Part shown: piece by piece, positions 26,671 to 39,700 of the stretch | How the letters are laid out: each line of letters starts with the position of its first letter | How positions within the stretch are numbered: position 1 is the stretch's first letter | Source of the DNA: Botryllus schlosseri | Taxonomy: Eukaryota | Direction of reading: 5' to 3' | Length of the DNA: 64,000 nt | NCBI GenBank assembly: GCA_051294905.1 | Contig: CM119372.1 | Location: 23,624,001-23,688,000, forward strand | Translations under genes and position numbers: made by a program | Notes under the pieces: generated by a model | Told to the model about the DNA's origin: nothing | What the model saw: only the letters and a program-made list of their open reading frames with translations | Databases searched by the model: none

Positions 26671-26752
26671 CTGAACCCTTAAGCGAGGAGTTGCTTAAGC
26701 GAGTGCTGATATCACGAGAGTCAGGACGTTGATTTCGACCCTCTTCAGCCAT
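26671..26752 (-). CDS. Candidate first coding exon of an unidentified gene
   Basis: gtcATGG context 18 nt downstream of an atctttag acceptor. Reads MAEEGRNQRPDSRDISTRLSNSSLKGS, then a strong donor CAG|GTAAGA (phase 1). Confidence 0.4.
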
Positions 26753-27109
26753 GACGGTGATTATGTCATACTAAAGATTAGGTTATCAAGAATTACTGAA
26801 AAAACACATGCGCTTAGGCAATAAAAACTTAATCTCATCAGTTGTTATCATTAGTTGGCCTAAGTTTGCTAGCGTGGTAGCTTCCAATATTCTGATTGGA
26901 TGTAGTATGTTAGAGCAACAACCCCGTTAATATACTTGGTATTCTCAATTCATCCAGAATAATAGCAGAATTAAAAGTTGTTAACTACTATAACTAGTAT
27001 CGATTTTACATCAGTTGTGTCATCCTTTTATTAGATAAACAAACTGATAGAGTTGTCGTAGGCACGGACCATAGGTCCATAGCCAAGGGCTGAAGAGCTA
27101 CTTAGCTAC

Positions 27110-28095
27110 TGGGGATGGTGTGAACCCCTGAAAGGATAATCAGGTTCGTGTGAACGCGAACCTTTTGAAAGGGTTCTGTGTGAACGCGAACGTGAACCTC
27201 GTGACGTCACATGACATCATATTGCTAATTACAATCCTACATTTCAGTGATAGCCTATATTAATGCAGTCGATACCTAGCGACGACTCGGGTCACATAAT
27301 GCCACAATGATGAAGTACATATTGACGATTTAAACGTCGCCAAATGTATCAATCAATTGGGGCAATTAAATGATATAATAATCCCATGAAATCAATATCT
27401 TCCGAGGAAGTCTTGCAAGGGAATATAAGCTTACGCCTTAACGGTCTTGGCCAGACCGGACAATGTATTCGGCGTCTGAGTATTGCTACGTTGATATTGA
27501 GCAAAGTGTAAAACGGGTTTCTATACTTGCAACCGATATCACCCAATTAGTTATACAGCAGGAGCCAACACCCCAATCGCACGGATTTGATTTTTATCAT
27601 ACAATAAACATATTAAATCAAGATTGACCCTGTACGCCTGCTAGATTTTTTACATCAGACAATGATATCAATTTCATTGACTGGTTGCATGTGTATAATT
27701 CGCTGATTACCTACCTACATGTAGTGTATTTCGCTTTTGATGTTTTGTGATTGCGGGTCAAGCTCACCGCAGAGAGTCACTAAATACTCACAAACGGTAA
27801 GCTGTATATTTCGAGCAAACTTTTGTAACAAAGCAAGTAAAATTCTTGAGGTTGTGAAGGTGCATGCTCGCTGAGTGTTGATTTTTTTTATGCTGCCAGC
27901 GCCATGCATAGAGTGGCTCGCAGTGGAAATACAGTAAATTTCAACCAAAGATGTAATAATGATATAACAATTGTAATATATGAAAAATGTTCACAGTGCA
28001 GAACCTATGAAGGATCGTTTTTGAGCGTGAACCTCTAAATTTCAGAGGTTCACACGCAGAACGCGAACGTGAACCCCACGTTCACACCATCCCCA
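27110..28095. mobile_element. Full-length TAGGGATGG-family hAT MITE with (GTGAAC) subterminal arrays
   Basis: TGGGGATGGTGTGAAC ... GTTCACACCATCCCCA. TSD ttagctac/ttagctag. Confidence 0.88.
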
Positions 28096-29359
28096 TTAGC
28101 TAGTTAGCTATCGAGTTAGAGAGGTCGTCCGTCGTTGTCCCACTGGAGGAGTATGACGTTCTCTGATATCTGTTCGTGAACACGCATCATTGACAAAAGT
28201 ATTTCCTTTCGGTCCCAACTTTTCATATGAAGCCGATTTGACGCGACCGAAACAATTATTGCAATTGCAGTTAGCATGGAATGTATAGTATCAGTGATCC
28301 GGAAGAAAGCGGGGATTATTTACTGTACCCCTGGTCAACCCGACATCCATGTTGCGCGACATATGGACGGGGCTGTGTGCTGTGCACTGTGTAGGCCACT
28401 AATTCTTTGATACCAGGACATCTATGATTCTTTCGTACTTGGTCGACATTGCTATTATGATTCCCGAGCTGCCACTTTCACGTTAGCATGCTGGTCCTAG
28501 ACTTTTTGGAAGACCTGGCATAATCGGATGTGATGGCGATGAATATTAATGACAATAATTAGCATCTTCAAACCATAAATTTACTCTTGTCATAATAAAT
28601 ATCATATGTTTTTCACATCACTTCATACCCGTTTTCAGCGTTCGATACGTCAGTATTCAAATATTTACACAGCCAGTATAGTGAAGGCGGAGCATGGCGA
28701 ATAGCTTCCAGCATCATGTAAACCATCGCCCATCTAAATGTCCATAGGACGGAAATCCCCCAAACACACAGGAATAATGCAGCAATTATGAAAATCTAAG
28801 AAAGTGTGGGGTGTGGAGCCCCCAACTATGTAAGCAGTCATGGTTCAGCGTTAATTAAAACTAACCTTCTGTGATGTCATATGTCCTCGATTCACGTGAT
28901 TTATAAATCAGCAATGGAGATTGAAAATCAAGTTTGATTTCCGTCACCGATTTATACCTCAATTAGTTGATAGTGTCAGAAAGACAAAATCAGTCTAAGT
29001 CTTGAGATATATGATTTACTCCGCATTCTGTCAGGTGACATTCGTTTTGTCCCAGTGCAGCTTGTATGTTATAAGCTGGCTATAATATCGACCGACGCAC
29101 GATAAATACAGCTTTCGGAAAAAAGTGCCAACTCATCTATCTTGATCAAAGCACTGTATTTAATGCCCAGATGATAACATTATATATTAATTCTTATCTT
29201 AGTATACACTAGCAAATGGTAGTTAGGCCTCGAATTTTGGAAGTACCCAATCGCTTATATATCAACACAATGACCAGATATTACAAGGCTCGTAATTATA
29301 TCAGTATATATCCTCATCGCCGATCCCGCTGTTAACGCAAGTAGTATAGTAGATCGCTC

Positions 29360-29990
29360 GTGATGTGGCAGGGGTTCTTATGGGCCCGCTGGTGATGTGC
29401 CTGGAACTCGTGTTGGTGATGGTACCCTTTTGACCCCCCCTTCCGCTCGTGATGTGCCATGTGTTCTTATGGGATCTCTGGTGATGGTACCCTTTCGGGT
29501 ATAGGCTGCGTCGGTGATGTGCCGTGAAAACTCGTGGTGATGATGGTACCCTTTCGGGTATAGGCTGCGTCGGTGATGTGCCGTGAAAACTCGTGGTGAT
29601 GATGGTACCCTTTCAGATATATGCTGTGGTGATGAGGTGCCTATGTGGTGATGATGTGCCTATGTGGTGATGATGGTACCCTTTCAGATATATACTGTGG
29701 CGATGATGTGCCCACGGATTCTTGTGTCGTAGTGAACTAACGTTGTGGATATAGGCCGCGGTGATGAGGTGTCTATATGGTGATGATGGTACCCTTTCAG
29801 ATATATGCTGTGGTGATGAGGTGCCTATGTGGTGATGATGTGCCTATGTGGTGATGATGGTACCCTTTCAGATATATGCTGTGGCGATGATGTGCCCACG
29901 GATTCTTGTGTCGTAGTGAACTAACGTTGTGGATATAGGCCGCGGTGATGATGTGCCTGTCATGTATTCTTACGCGGTCTCTGGTGATTC
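29360..29990. repeat. Left subterminal minisatellite array
   Basis: Repeated GGTGATGATGGTACCCTTTC / GGTGATGTGCC modules, including near-exact ~58-bp and ~184-bp tandem duplications. Confidence 0.85.
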
Positions 29991-29997
29991 TCTATGT

Positions 29998-30676
29998 CAG
30001 GGCTGGCCAACCTTTTCAGCCAAAGGGCCACATTCGATTGACGAACTATTGCGCGGGCCACTGGCCGCGCGAAGCGCGAAATTTTTTTGTAGTTCATAGG
30101 TCAATAATATTGTCACTTCACTATATTGCGGGCATGTTGTATATCGCTGGGCTAAGTTTGCGAGGACTAGGCTATTCGGCGCATGGACATATCGATATCG
30201 AAAGCTGCGACCTACATGCGTCAATCATTTCGTGCCTAGGTTTTATAGTCGACGGTCTTACTGCGAGTGCAAACGCAATGTCGCATATGTTGAACGACAC
30301 TTTGTCTTCTAATCGTGAATATAGTTCGACTCAATCTGATACTTTGAGTATTCTTCCATTTTCACAAAAGGGCAACAATATTGAAAACAAGAAATCGAGT
30401 GACAACATGTGGCGGCAAACTTGTAGAAAATTTTTACCCTTGATAAATCTATCGCAAATTATTCTGCTTTAGTGTACGAAGATATACCAATATGTGAATG
30501 GCTGATGGATCTGTCAACGCGTCGGAACTGATATTTTAGACATCACATCTCAAGTGTTGCGGCCAGACTAATCAAATTTTTGGTTCGCCTTGCAAGTTCA
30601 CAATCTGTGCAATCCATTTTTGATGATATTAGAAATTTCGGAAATTACCTCGCGGGCCACAGGTTGGCCGGCCCTG
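29998..30676. mobile_element. hAT MITE (family D) inserted in the left arm
   Basis: CAGGGCTGGCCAACC / GGTTGGCCGGCCCTG. Perfect TSD ctctatgt. Confidence 0.92.
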
Positions 30677-33600
30677 CTCTATGTGTTCTTATGAGTGCGG
30701 TCGTGATTCGTACTTTCAGGCATCTCTCGCGCGGTGTTGAATATGTACGAGTCACCAACAATAACCGCACAAACGGAAACGTGGTTTGTTGTGAGGATTA
30801 CGCAGCGGGTGCGACCTATATTTCGAATGACCTGCGCGCTGAATTGTTGCCCGGGCAGCTGTTTTGTGCTACTATCGTATCGATTATTACACTAATCCAG
30901 TCAGTGCGAAATAGTTTGCTAAATCTAGGAATCACTTCCAAGGTAATATTTTGGTAATTAGTTTACCGCAGAGCCGGCGTAGACGGTTATTCGAATATCA
31001 ACAATAACCGCGTTCGCATAGTAACACTCTAAAAAGGTGTGAAATATTTGTAAAAATCCTACGACCACTCACAAGATAACACATCAGAATAGTCATCTCT
31101 CGTGGTTTGGTGTTACAAAGGTAGGAATTATAAGTAATATTTTGGACGACAATGATATATCGTTATTCTTATGGACGCGGCGACATGATAACGTTACAGG
31201 TATAGGCTGTGGTGGTGATTCGCCATGTGTTCTTATGGGTGCGCTCGCACGTCGTACTTTCAAGTATAGGTATCTCTCGCATGTCGTATTGGAAACTCGT
31301 GTTGGCTCGCTCACGCGGTGAAATTTTAGTAATCAGTTTGTCACAGAACTTGATTTCGCTGGTAAGATTTAACAAGTAACGAATAACAGACCGCCAGTGT
31401 CGGTAACTTGAATAGCGACAAATTGTCACTTATTTCCGCTCTAACCCTAATCCTCTGTGAAGTGAACGCTTATTCAACAGGATGTGATATAATTTTAAAA
31501 TCCGACGACCACTCACCGAATAATGCTTCAGACATAGCAATCCCTCATGCCCGCTCACAAGGTAATATTTCGGTAATTAGTTTGTCCCAGAACCATCGCA
31601 GACGGTGATTCGAAAACCAACAATTTGTCACTTGCCCGCGATCGCTATATGTTTCACGCCTCTCGAATAGTGGCTGACTTTAGTTGCGTGATAAGATCCA
31701 TGAAAATATTCAATCAATGTGTTAGTTTGTCAACTTGAAATGTAACTTACTACACAAATCAAGTTGAATCGTATTTGAATGTATTGATTCGACCCAACTC
31801 AAATCCTTTGACAAATCCTATTAACGCGATCTGTTGAATCGAACGTAACCTGAATATTACTGACGCCAACATTCACCCGCATCGGATCATTCACACATTC
31901 CACGCCGCTGTTTTAACACTTATAGAATCAATACCAACTATCTCTAACCCGATAATATTCAATCATTTTGGTAATTTGCCAACTTTAAATCCATTCGCGG
32001 GATGTACTAAAGGTAAATCCAAATAATCCAGAATGAAATATTTGGACTTTGACATAGTCTGAATTGAAATATATTGACAAACATGACTACCAACTTTGAT
32101 CCAGTCACATTTCAAGATCATACTTTGAAACAATCCTTGAAACTAACAACTCTATTCACGACTGAGTTTTCCGTTTATCAGTTTCAGTAAATACTATCGC
32201 GATATTTTAATGTGTTACTACACACAATAGAATCAATCAATGAAATAACACCTGTTGTAAATATTTCTAACTTGACAACCACTTGTGCATACCGTGATCA
32301 AGTTGCGACGCGATGAGTTAAATCAGGATATTTCAATCTATTTGTCGAAACCTTCAACAAACTATCAGGTTATTTTTTGTTGTAATCGAGTGAACGGAAA
32401 TAGTATTACGTCTCGATCTTTTAACATCTTACCACACCCCAAAGAGTAAAATACAAAAAAACCTTGTCAAATCAATCCGTTTGTAACTTACCCAACCAAA
32501 GCAAAAAGTATTCTTATGAAAAGTAGACAAGACTACGTGAGTAATCACCACAATCCAAAATCCATAGCAAGTTCGGTTGCATTCATAGTCCACCAACTCG
32601 TATTTTTATTCCACTAAAAGTCGTTACTATTCCGCAAGACAAAGAAATTACTATGTGGTATATTTTGTAAGACAAAAGTAATTACTTCCCAGTGTCGGCG
32701 ACTTGAGATTAACATAATATGTTTGAGTATACGAGATTTGACAGTCTGACCATCGTAGTTGAGAATTCATTTCTTACAATCGAACACAGGTGTTATATCA
32801 AAAGTTATCATACTGTAAACATAAGGATTGACACATTGATTTGACGTATGTAATAGTTGATCACGACTTGATTATTAAATTATTCGCGTTAATTAGACCC
32901 GCGTTGTGTTGAAAGTTATGACAGTAACAAACTTTTCGGAAACGTTGTTATTAACATATTGATTTGTAAAACTATACTTGTCTGAAATGTTATTGATTTG
33001 GAAGATATTCCGTGTTGGTACAAATCACTCTGCGTATTGCGGATATCAGAAAACATTTTACAAATGTAATTGTTTCCAGTACCCAAGACTAAAGATGAAA
33101 CAACAATTTCGTTTGCTGATTAACAACCGGTACAATACTTTATCATCATAAGCCGCGGTGAGAATTGAAACACTTTCGCGCATTACCCGGTGTCAAGATA
33201 TCACACTAGGTGAATTGACATACCGCCGCTTGAATAATACCTAATCCGTTCGCACCATTTCACATACTTTGATCATTACAAAAGTAAATTGTGATATGTT
33301 TGTTAGATGCATCCAATTCAGTTAGAAATGTCTGGTGCACAACAATCGTAATATCAAAAAAGTACTTGCTACACTGTTATTTGCTAAACGTGTTTTGCAT
33401 TGTGGTTCATTTGTAGTATTGATTGAAATTGTTCTTGAACCCTCAAATAATAATTCCTGACATGAAACCAAGCCGCTGAAAGTCGTTACCATCACGAAGA
33501 TACAATGTGTACGATGTTTGTCAAATGTGTCCTACCTGGCCAACAGAAAACAATTTTCACTCACTCGAAATGAAACCAATGTGATGGTCTCCATTCGATA

Positions 33601-35299
33601 TTTTGTTTGTGTCAAATACTTTGCAATGAACACATTTGCGTGGTTGAGCTTTACATCATCAAGCTGTTATTTGTAAATCAAGATTTCGGTAAACTTGTAA
33701 ATGTATCGTTTAACTAACCGACATTTAGTGATTGGGGAACATACCAGACGATACACATCCATCTCCGAAATACTGCATTGATCTTAATTTCCATCATCGT
33801 GATAATCGAAGTACATTTCTTTCGAATTCGTAACAACCGACTATGACATGATAAATTTTTGACAAGTTATGCTTAGAAGATTGGTTGCATATCGCGAAAA
33901 AAATAATATACCACTCATATTGATACTGTTACTCCATTGATCGATATTTTCAAACGAGTAAAATTTATTACTTGAGTTTCCCCGCTTAATGTAAATGAAA
34001 ACTCAACCGTCTTTTAACATCACAAAGACATTGATAAAAAGTAGGCAATCAAACACAACACTTTGTACGACACTAATTATTGTTCCACACATCTCATTTC
34101 ATACTAAGTGTATACGAAAGATATTCATGACACATGAAAATATTCCCATGCTACAAACCTGTACAATGATTGGCGGTGCTTTCAAACTGTTTCGATATCA
34201 CAAGAACTTTATTGTCTGAATGGGTGTTCATGTATCTTAATAATCAAATAGTTCAACACAGAACTAGTACGAACAGAAACATCAGAGAGTTGTTTACAGA
34301 AAAGTTTGTATATGTGCACAATATGCGAATACCATGTGTAAGTCCAGCACAATTGCGGTATCCATCCGAGTTTAGTTAACACAAATTTATTACAACGGGG
34401 TCACGTAAACTTTCGTGAAAGAAAAGCATACTCACTTCCAGAGGGTTATGTCAATGCCATAGCAGTACCCCAACAAGAAAGTACATATGTTTTCTAGTCA
34501 CGGTCCTTACATCTTTCACATAGATCAATCTACTTTGCTAACGAAAAGTGCTGAGTCATCACATGATTGCCCTCACAACAAAACAGCTAGTAGATATTAT
34601 CATACAAAAATATTCCTAACCCTTTGCGCACCAGTGACAAATCATACAACAAACATTTTTTAGGAGTCGAATTGTTGTTCAGTGTCAAGTCTACCTGTTG
34701 AAACGTACATTAAAACAACACAGTCACAATTCAATTAAAACCACGAATCTATTTTCATTTCGTCACATACAGAAAAATAAATTTTCTTTCCCCAACACAT
34801 ACTTGTAACCAATCGCTTTCATTAAACACACAACTCCATAAAAGTATTTACTTTCTACAACATAGACATTCCGATGTAGTCAAGAAATATTTTTATTAAT
34901 CAAAATCATCGACTTCTGTTCATGGTGTTAGTGTGTGCATGTCATACCTGTGGGCCTCCGTATTAAAATGGACACGACACAACTGAATGTAAGGAGATAG
35001 AAGTCTATCGCATAGCTTTACATGTGGTCTTCGCTACGGTTTCAAAAAAACGAATCATCTCTTTTGCATTGATCTAGACCGAGCAAGTTAGTTAATGACC
35101 ATGATTGTGTTTGTCATATGCGAATGATAGGGTTACTGTCAAATCTACATACAACAACCTTCTGACGATCATAATAGCAATTTCATTTTCCGCCGCTTCG
35201 TAACTGTATACCCCCAACTCGGCTTTTTTGTTCATCGACAGCTGCGTTTAACAAGACCAACGACACTGAACCCACGACGTTTACCTATGTAAAATTACC

Positions 35300-35595
35300 A
35301 CTTTCACTTGGCAGTCCGTCGTTTACCTGGCTAAACATATCATTTTCACTTGGAAATCTATTTTTTCCCAGAGTAAGAAACCTTTTTCATTTGGAAATCT
35401 ATTTTTTCCCTGGGTAACAAACCTTTTTTACTTGGAAATATATTTTTTCCCCGGGTAACAAACCTTTTTCGCTTGGAAATATATTTTTCCCTGGGTTACA
35501 AACCTTTTTCACTTGGTGATCCGTCGTTTACCTGAATAAAAATATCATTTTCCTTTGGAGATCTGGCGTTTACCCAGTGTAACAACACATTTTCT
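35300..35595 (-). repeat. 41-42-bp tandem array, inner end of left arm
   Basis: Units like TTTTTCACTTGGAAATCTATTTTTTCCCxGGGTAACAAACC. Inverted copy of 36498-36790. Confidence 0.85.
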
Positions 35596-36344
35596 TTAGC
35601 TTGTCGTCGCTAGAGTCGCTAGAGTCGCTTGGCTAGAGTCGTCGCATGATGAGACTTGAGAACATGAATTTGTTCTCCATGATGTTTGTACACCGACACA
35701 TTGTATGTACACCTCGTTTACGCGAATACTTGTGAACAATCGTGACGTTACTTGTATGTGATGGTGTATGCATTGGTATTTTTCATGGAGACAAAACACG
35801 GTCTGTAACATGTTTACTTGAATATTGGTCGTTGGTTCATGAGTGAATATCCGGATCAGGCCCCCACACACTTTCTCATATTAGTGATCCGGTTTCAGCT
35901 GACTGGAGCGACATGTATTGATCAGTAAAGACACAATATAGTAAACAGACCTGAGGAAACTCGCAAGTAACCCGGAGTTGTTAGCGCGATGGGGAACATG
36001 AATCCATCCGTTTTCCGAATACCATTATCCGTGTATCAACCAGTTACCAAAGTCGAGGAGGTGTTTTATTCAGACATTTTGACTCTGGAAAATCCAAAGC
36101 ACGAACCCGGACATCACGGACATATCGGAAACCTCTTTATTCGCCAATTCCGAAAACATACATGTCGATGTACAACAGCTCATTGTTATTGTATGTGAGT
36201 AACCAATGATTTTGATGGGATGCATCAGAGCAAGTGAATATTTGATTAGACAAATGTATCGGAGTCGTTGTTGGTGTATATTTTGTCACTGTCCGTTGTA
36301 ACAATATACAAAAATATCAAATTGTCTGGTGTGGTTGTCAGTTT

Positions 36345-36790
36345 TCAAAACGAAAATGATATTGTTACTCGGGGAAAGATAGATTTCCAAGTGAAAAACG
36401 GTATTGGTACTCAGGTAAATGATAGTTTCCAGACGAAAAGGGTTTGTTACCCAGGAGAAAATGATTAGTTACTCTAGGTAAAAGCTAGATGACCAAGAGA
36501 AAATGTGTTGTTACACTGGGTAAACGCCAGATCTCCAAAGGAAAATGATATTTTTACTCAGGTAAACGACGGATCACCAAGTGAAAAAGGTTTGTAACCC
36601 AGGGAAAAATATATTTCCAAGCGAAAAAGGTTTGTTACCCGGGGAAAAAATATATTTCCAAGTAAAAAAGGTTTGTTACCCAGTGAAAAAATAGATTTCC
36701 AAGTGAAAAAGGTTTCTTACTCTGGGAAAAAATAGATTTCCAAGTGAAAATGATATTTTTAGCCAGGTAAACGACGGACTGCCAAGTGAA
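36345..36790 (+). repeat. 41-42-bp tandem array, probably a former 14-aa peptide repeat
   Basis: 42-bp units translate as ENDIFTQVNDGSPS-like. 41-bp variants (GAAAAAGGTTTGTTACCC.GGGAAAAAATAGATTTCCAAGT) break the frame. Confidence 0.8.
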
Positions 36791-39700
36791 AGTGGTAATT
36801 TTACATAGGTAAACGTCGTGGGTTCAGTGTCGTTGGTCTTGTTAAACGCAGCTGTCGATGAACAAAAAAGCCGAGTTGGGGGTATATGACTACGAAGGGA
36901 GAGAATGAAATTGCTATTATGAGTGCCAGAAGGTTGTTGTATGTAGATTTGACAGTAACCCTATCATTCGCATATGACAAACACAACCATGGTTATTAAC
37001 TAACTTGCTCGGTCTAGATCAATGCAAAAGAGATGATTCGTTTTTTTGAAACCGTAGCGAAGACCACATGTAAATCTATGCGATAGACTTCTATCTCCTT
37101 ACATTCAGTTGTGTCGTGTCCATTTTAATACGGGCCCCACGTGTATGACATGCACACACTAACACCGTAAACAGAAGTCGATGATTTTGATTAATAAAAA
37201 TATTTCTTGACTACATCGGAATGTCTATGTTGTAGAAAGTACATGATTTTATGGAGTTGTGTGTTTAATGAAAGCGATTGGTTACAAGTATGTGTTGGGG
37301 AAAGAAAATTTATTTTTCTATATGTGAGGAAATGAAAATAGATTCGTGGTTTTAATTGAATTGTGACTGTGTTGTTTTAATGTACGTTTTAACAGGTAGA
37401 CTTGACACTGAACAACAATTCGACTCACAAAAAATGTTTGTTGTATGATTTGTCACTGGTGCGCAAAGGGTTAGGAATATTTTTGTATGATAATATCTTC
37501 TAGCTGTTTTGTTGTGAGGGCAATCATGTGATGACTCAGCACTTTTCGTTAGCAAAGTAGATTGATCTATGTGAAAGATGTAAGGACCGTGACTAGAAAA
37601 CATATGTACTTTCTTGTTGGAGTAGCTGATTTACTGCTATGGCGTTGACATAACCCTCTGGAAGTGAGTATGCTTTTCTTTCACGAAAGTTTACGTGGCT
37701 CCGTTGTAATAAATTTGTGTTAACTAAACTCGGATGGATACCGCAATTGTGCTGGACTTACACATGGTATTCGCATACTGTGCACATACAAACTTTTGTG
37801 TAAACAACTCTGATGTTTCTGTTCGTACTAGTTCTGTGTTGAACTATTTGATTATTAAGATACATGAACAACCATTCAGGCAATAAAGTTCTTGTGACAT
37901 CGAAACAGTTTGAAAGCGCCACCAATCATTGTACAGATTCGTAGCATGAGCGAGTATTTTCGTGTGTCATGAATATCTTTCGTATACACTTAGTTTGAAA
38001 TGAGATAATAATTAGTGTCCTTCAAAAGTAAAACATGTTGTCTTTGATTGCATACTTTTTATCGTTGATCGTTGTGGTTTTGAAAGATGGATGAGTTAAC
38101 ATTTACATATAGTAAGCGGAACAACTCAAGTAATAAATTTTACTCGTTTGAAAATACCGATCAATGGAGTAACAGTATCAATATGAATGGTTTATTATTT
38201 TTTGCGATATGTACCAACCTTCTAAGTAAAACTTGTCAAAAATTTATCATGTCATAGAAAAGTCGGTTGTTACGAATTCGACACAAATGTACTTCGATTA
38301 TTACGATGATGAAAATTACGATCAACGGGGGTATTTCGAAGTGGATGTGTATCGTTTGGTATGTTCACCAATCACTAAATGTCGGTTAGTTAAACGATAC
38401 ATTTACAAGTTTACCGAAATCTTAATTTACAAATGACAGCTTGATGATGTAAAGCTCAACCACTCAAATGTGTTCATTGTAAAGTATTTGAAATAAACAA
38501 AATATTGAATGAAGACCCACTCTTCGGTTTCATTATCAAGCTAGTGAAAATTGTTTTCTATTGGGTGGATATGATTTGTAAAACGATATAGACCGATTAA
38601 GCGACGTTGTTTCATATCCGTCGAGTGAGTAAAATTTCTTTGGAGTTCGGTTCAGTGAGTTAATCGCTAGGGGTTCAATCACATACAAGTAACGTCTTTT
38701 AGTGACAGAGTATTGTGATGACATTTACTTTAGTGAATGACAACGGAAAATTTTTTGATTGCATTGTCGGTGGGTTATACAAATAATTCTAGTACACCTA
38801 ACTATAGGACACATTTGGCAAACATCGTACAAATTGTTTCTTTGTGATGGTAATGACTTTCAGCGGCTTGGTCTCATGTCGGGAATTATTATTTGAGGGT
38901 TGAAAAACAATTTCAATCAATACTACACACAACCAACAATGCAAAACGCGTTTAGTGAATTACAGTGTAGCAAGTACTTCCTTATTGATATTACGATTGT
39001 TGTGCACCAGAAATTTCTAACTGAATTGGATGCGTCTCGCAAACATACCACAATTTACTTTTGTAATGATCAAAGTCTCCTCGCGATATTTTACATTTAG
39101 CACGTTCTATGGAAAGTGTGAACGGAGTTGAGTATTAATCGTGTACTTGGGATAGTGCTTTGATATTAAAGATATATTTTCACACTGTGTAATGTTTCGA
39201 TTCTCTGTTGTGAATACCGACAGTAACGACATTGATGTTAAATCCTCACTCTTGGTCATTGTAAGCGAATCCTAAACATCGCAACAGTCGGTATGGAAAT
39301 CGAACGCATGCATAATTTTAGATAGGCGACACTAACAAGTTTATTACATCCGTGAAATACTCTGAAACGTCGATTCGTGATTGTGTTAGCTATATTCATC
39401 TTCCATATCTGTGGGCACAAAGATTTCTTAACTTTGGTTACAGCTCATTCGTAAGGAATTGTTGCGTGCAATCTAATAAAGCGCAAGTCGAAGACGAATG
39501 ATTTGATTTCAATGAGCTTGAAAGTCCTTTTGTTTTGGTGTTGGGTTTAATACAATTTGTATGACTATAACGAATCCGATTCCAAAAGTGCTATGTTACA
39601 TTTAACAAAAAGTTTGATGACTTGTATTCTGATATTGATAGATGTGAAAAGTAATATGACTAGTTTATAAAATCTCGGTAATGTTCTTTGTCATGTCTGT

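Noticed and set aside
29945..30472. Longest ORF in the track (175 aa)
   Set aside because: It lies almost wholly in MITE D, shows no motif, and its frame is not preserved in the 8838-9686 copy.
35300..36790. 41-42-bp arrays as a CRISPR array
   Set aside because: Units are contiguous tandem repeats without unique spacers, there are no cas genes, and the context is eukaryotic.
34100..38000. Giant inverted repeat as a pure long-read fold-back artefact
   Set aside because: Arms differ by substitutions and indels and carry arm-specific hAT insertions with perfect TSDs. An artefact is unlikely, though the innermost part should still be checked with reads.
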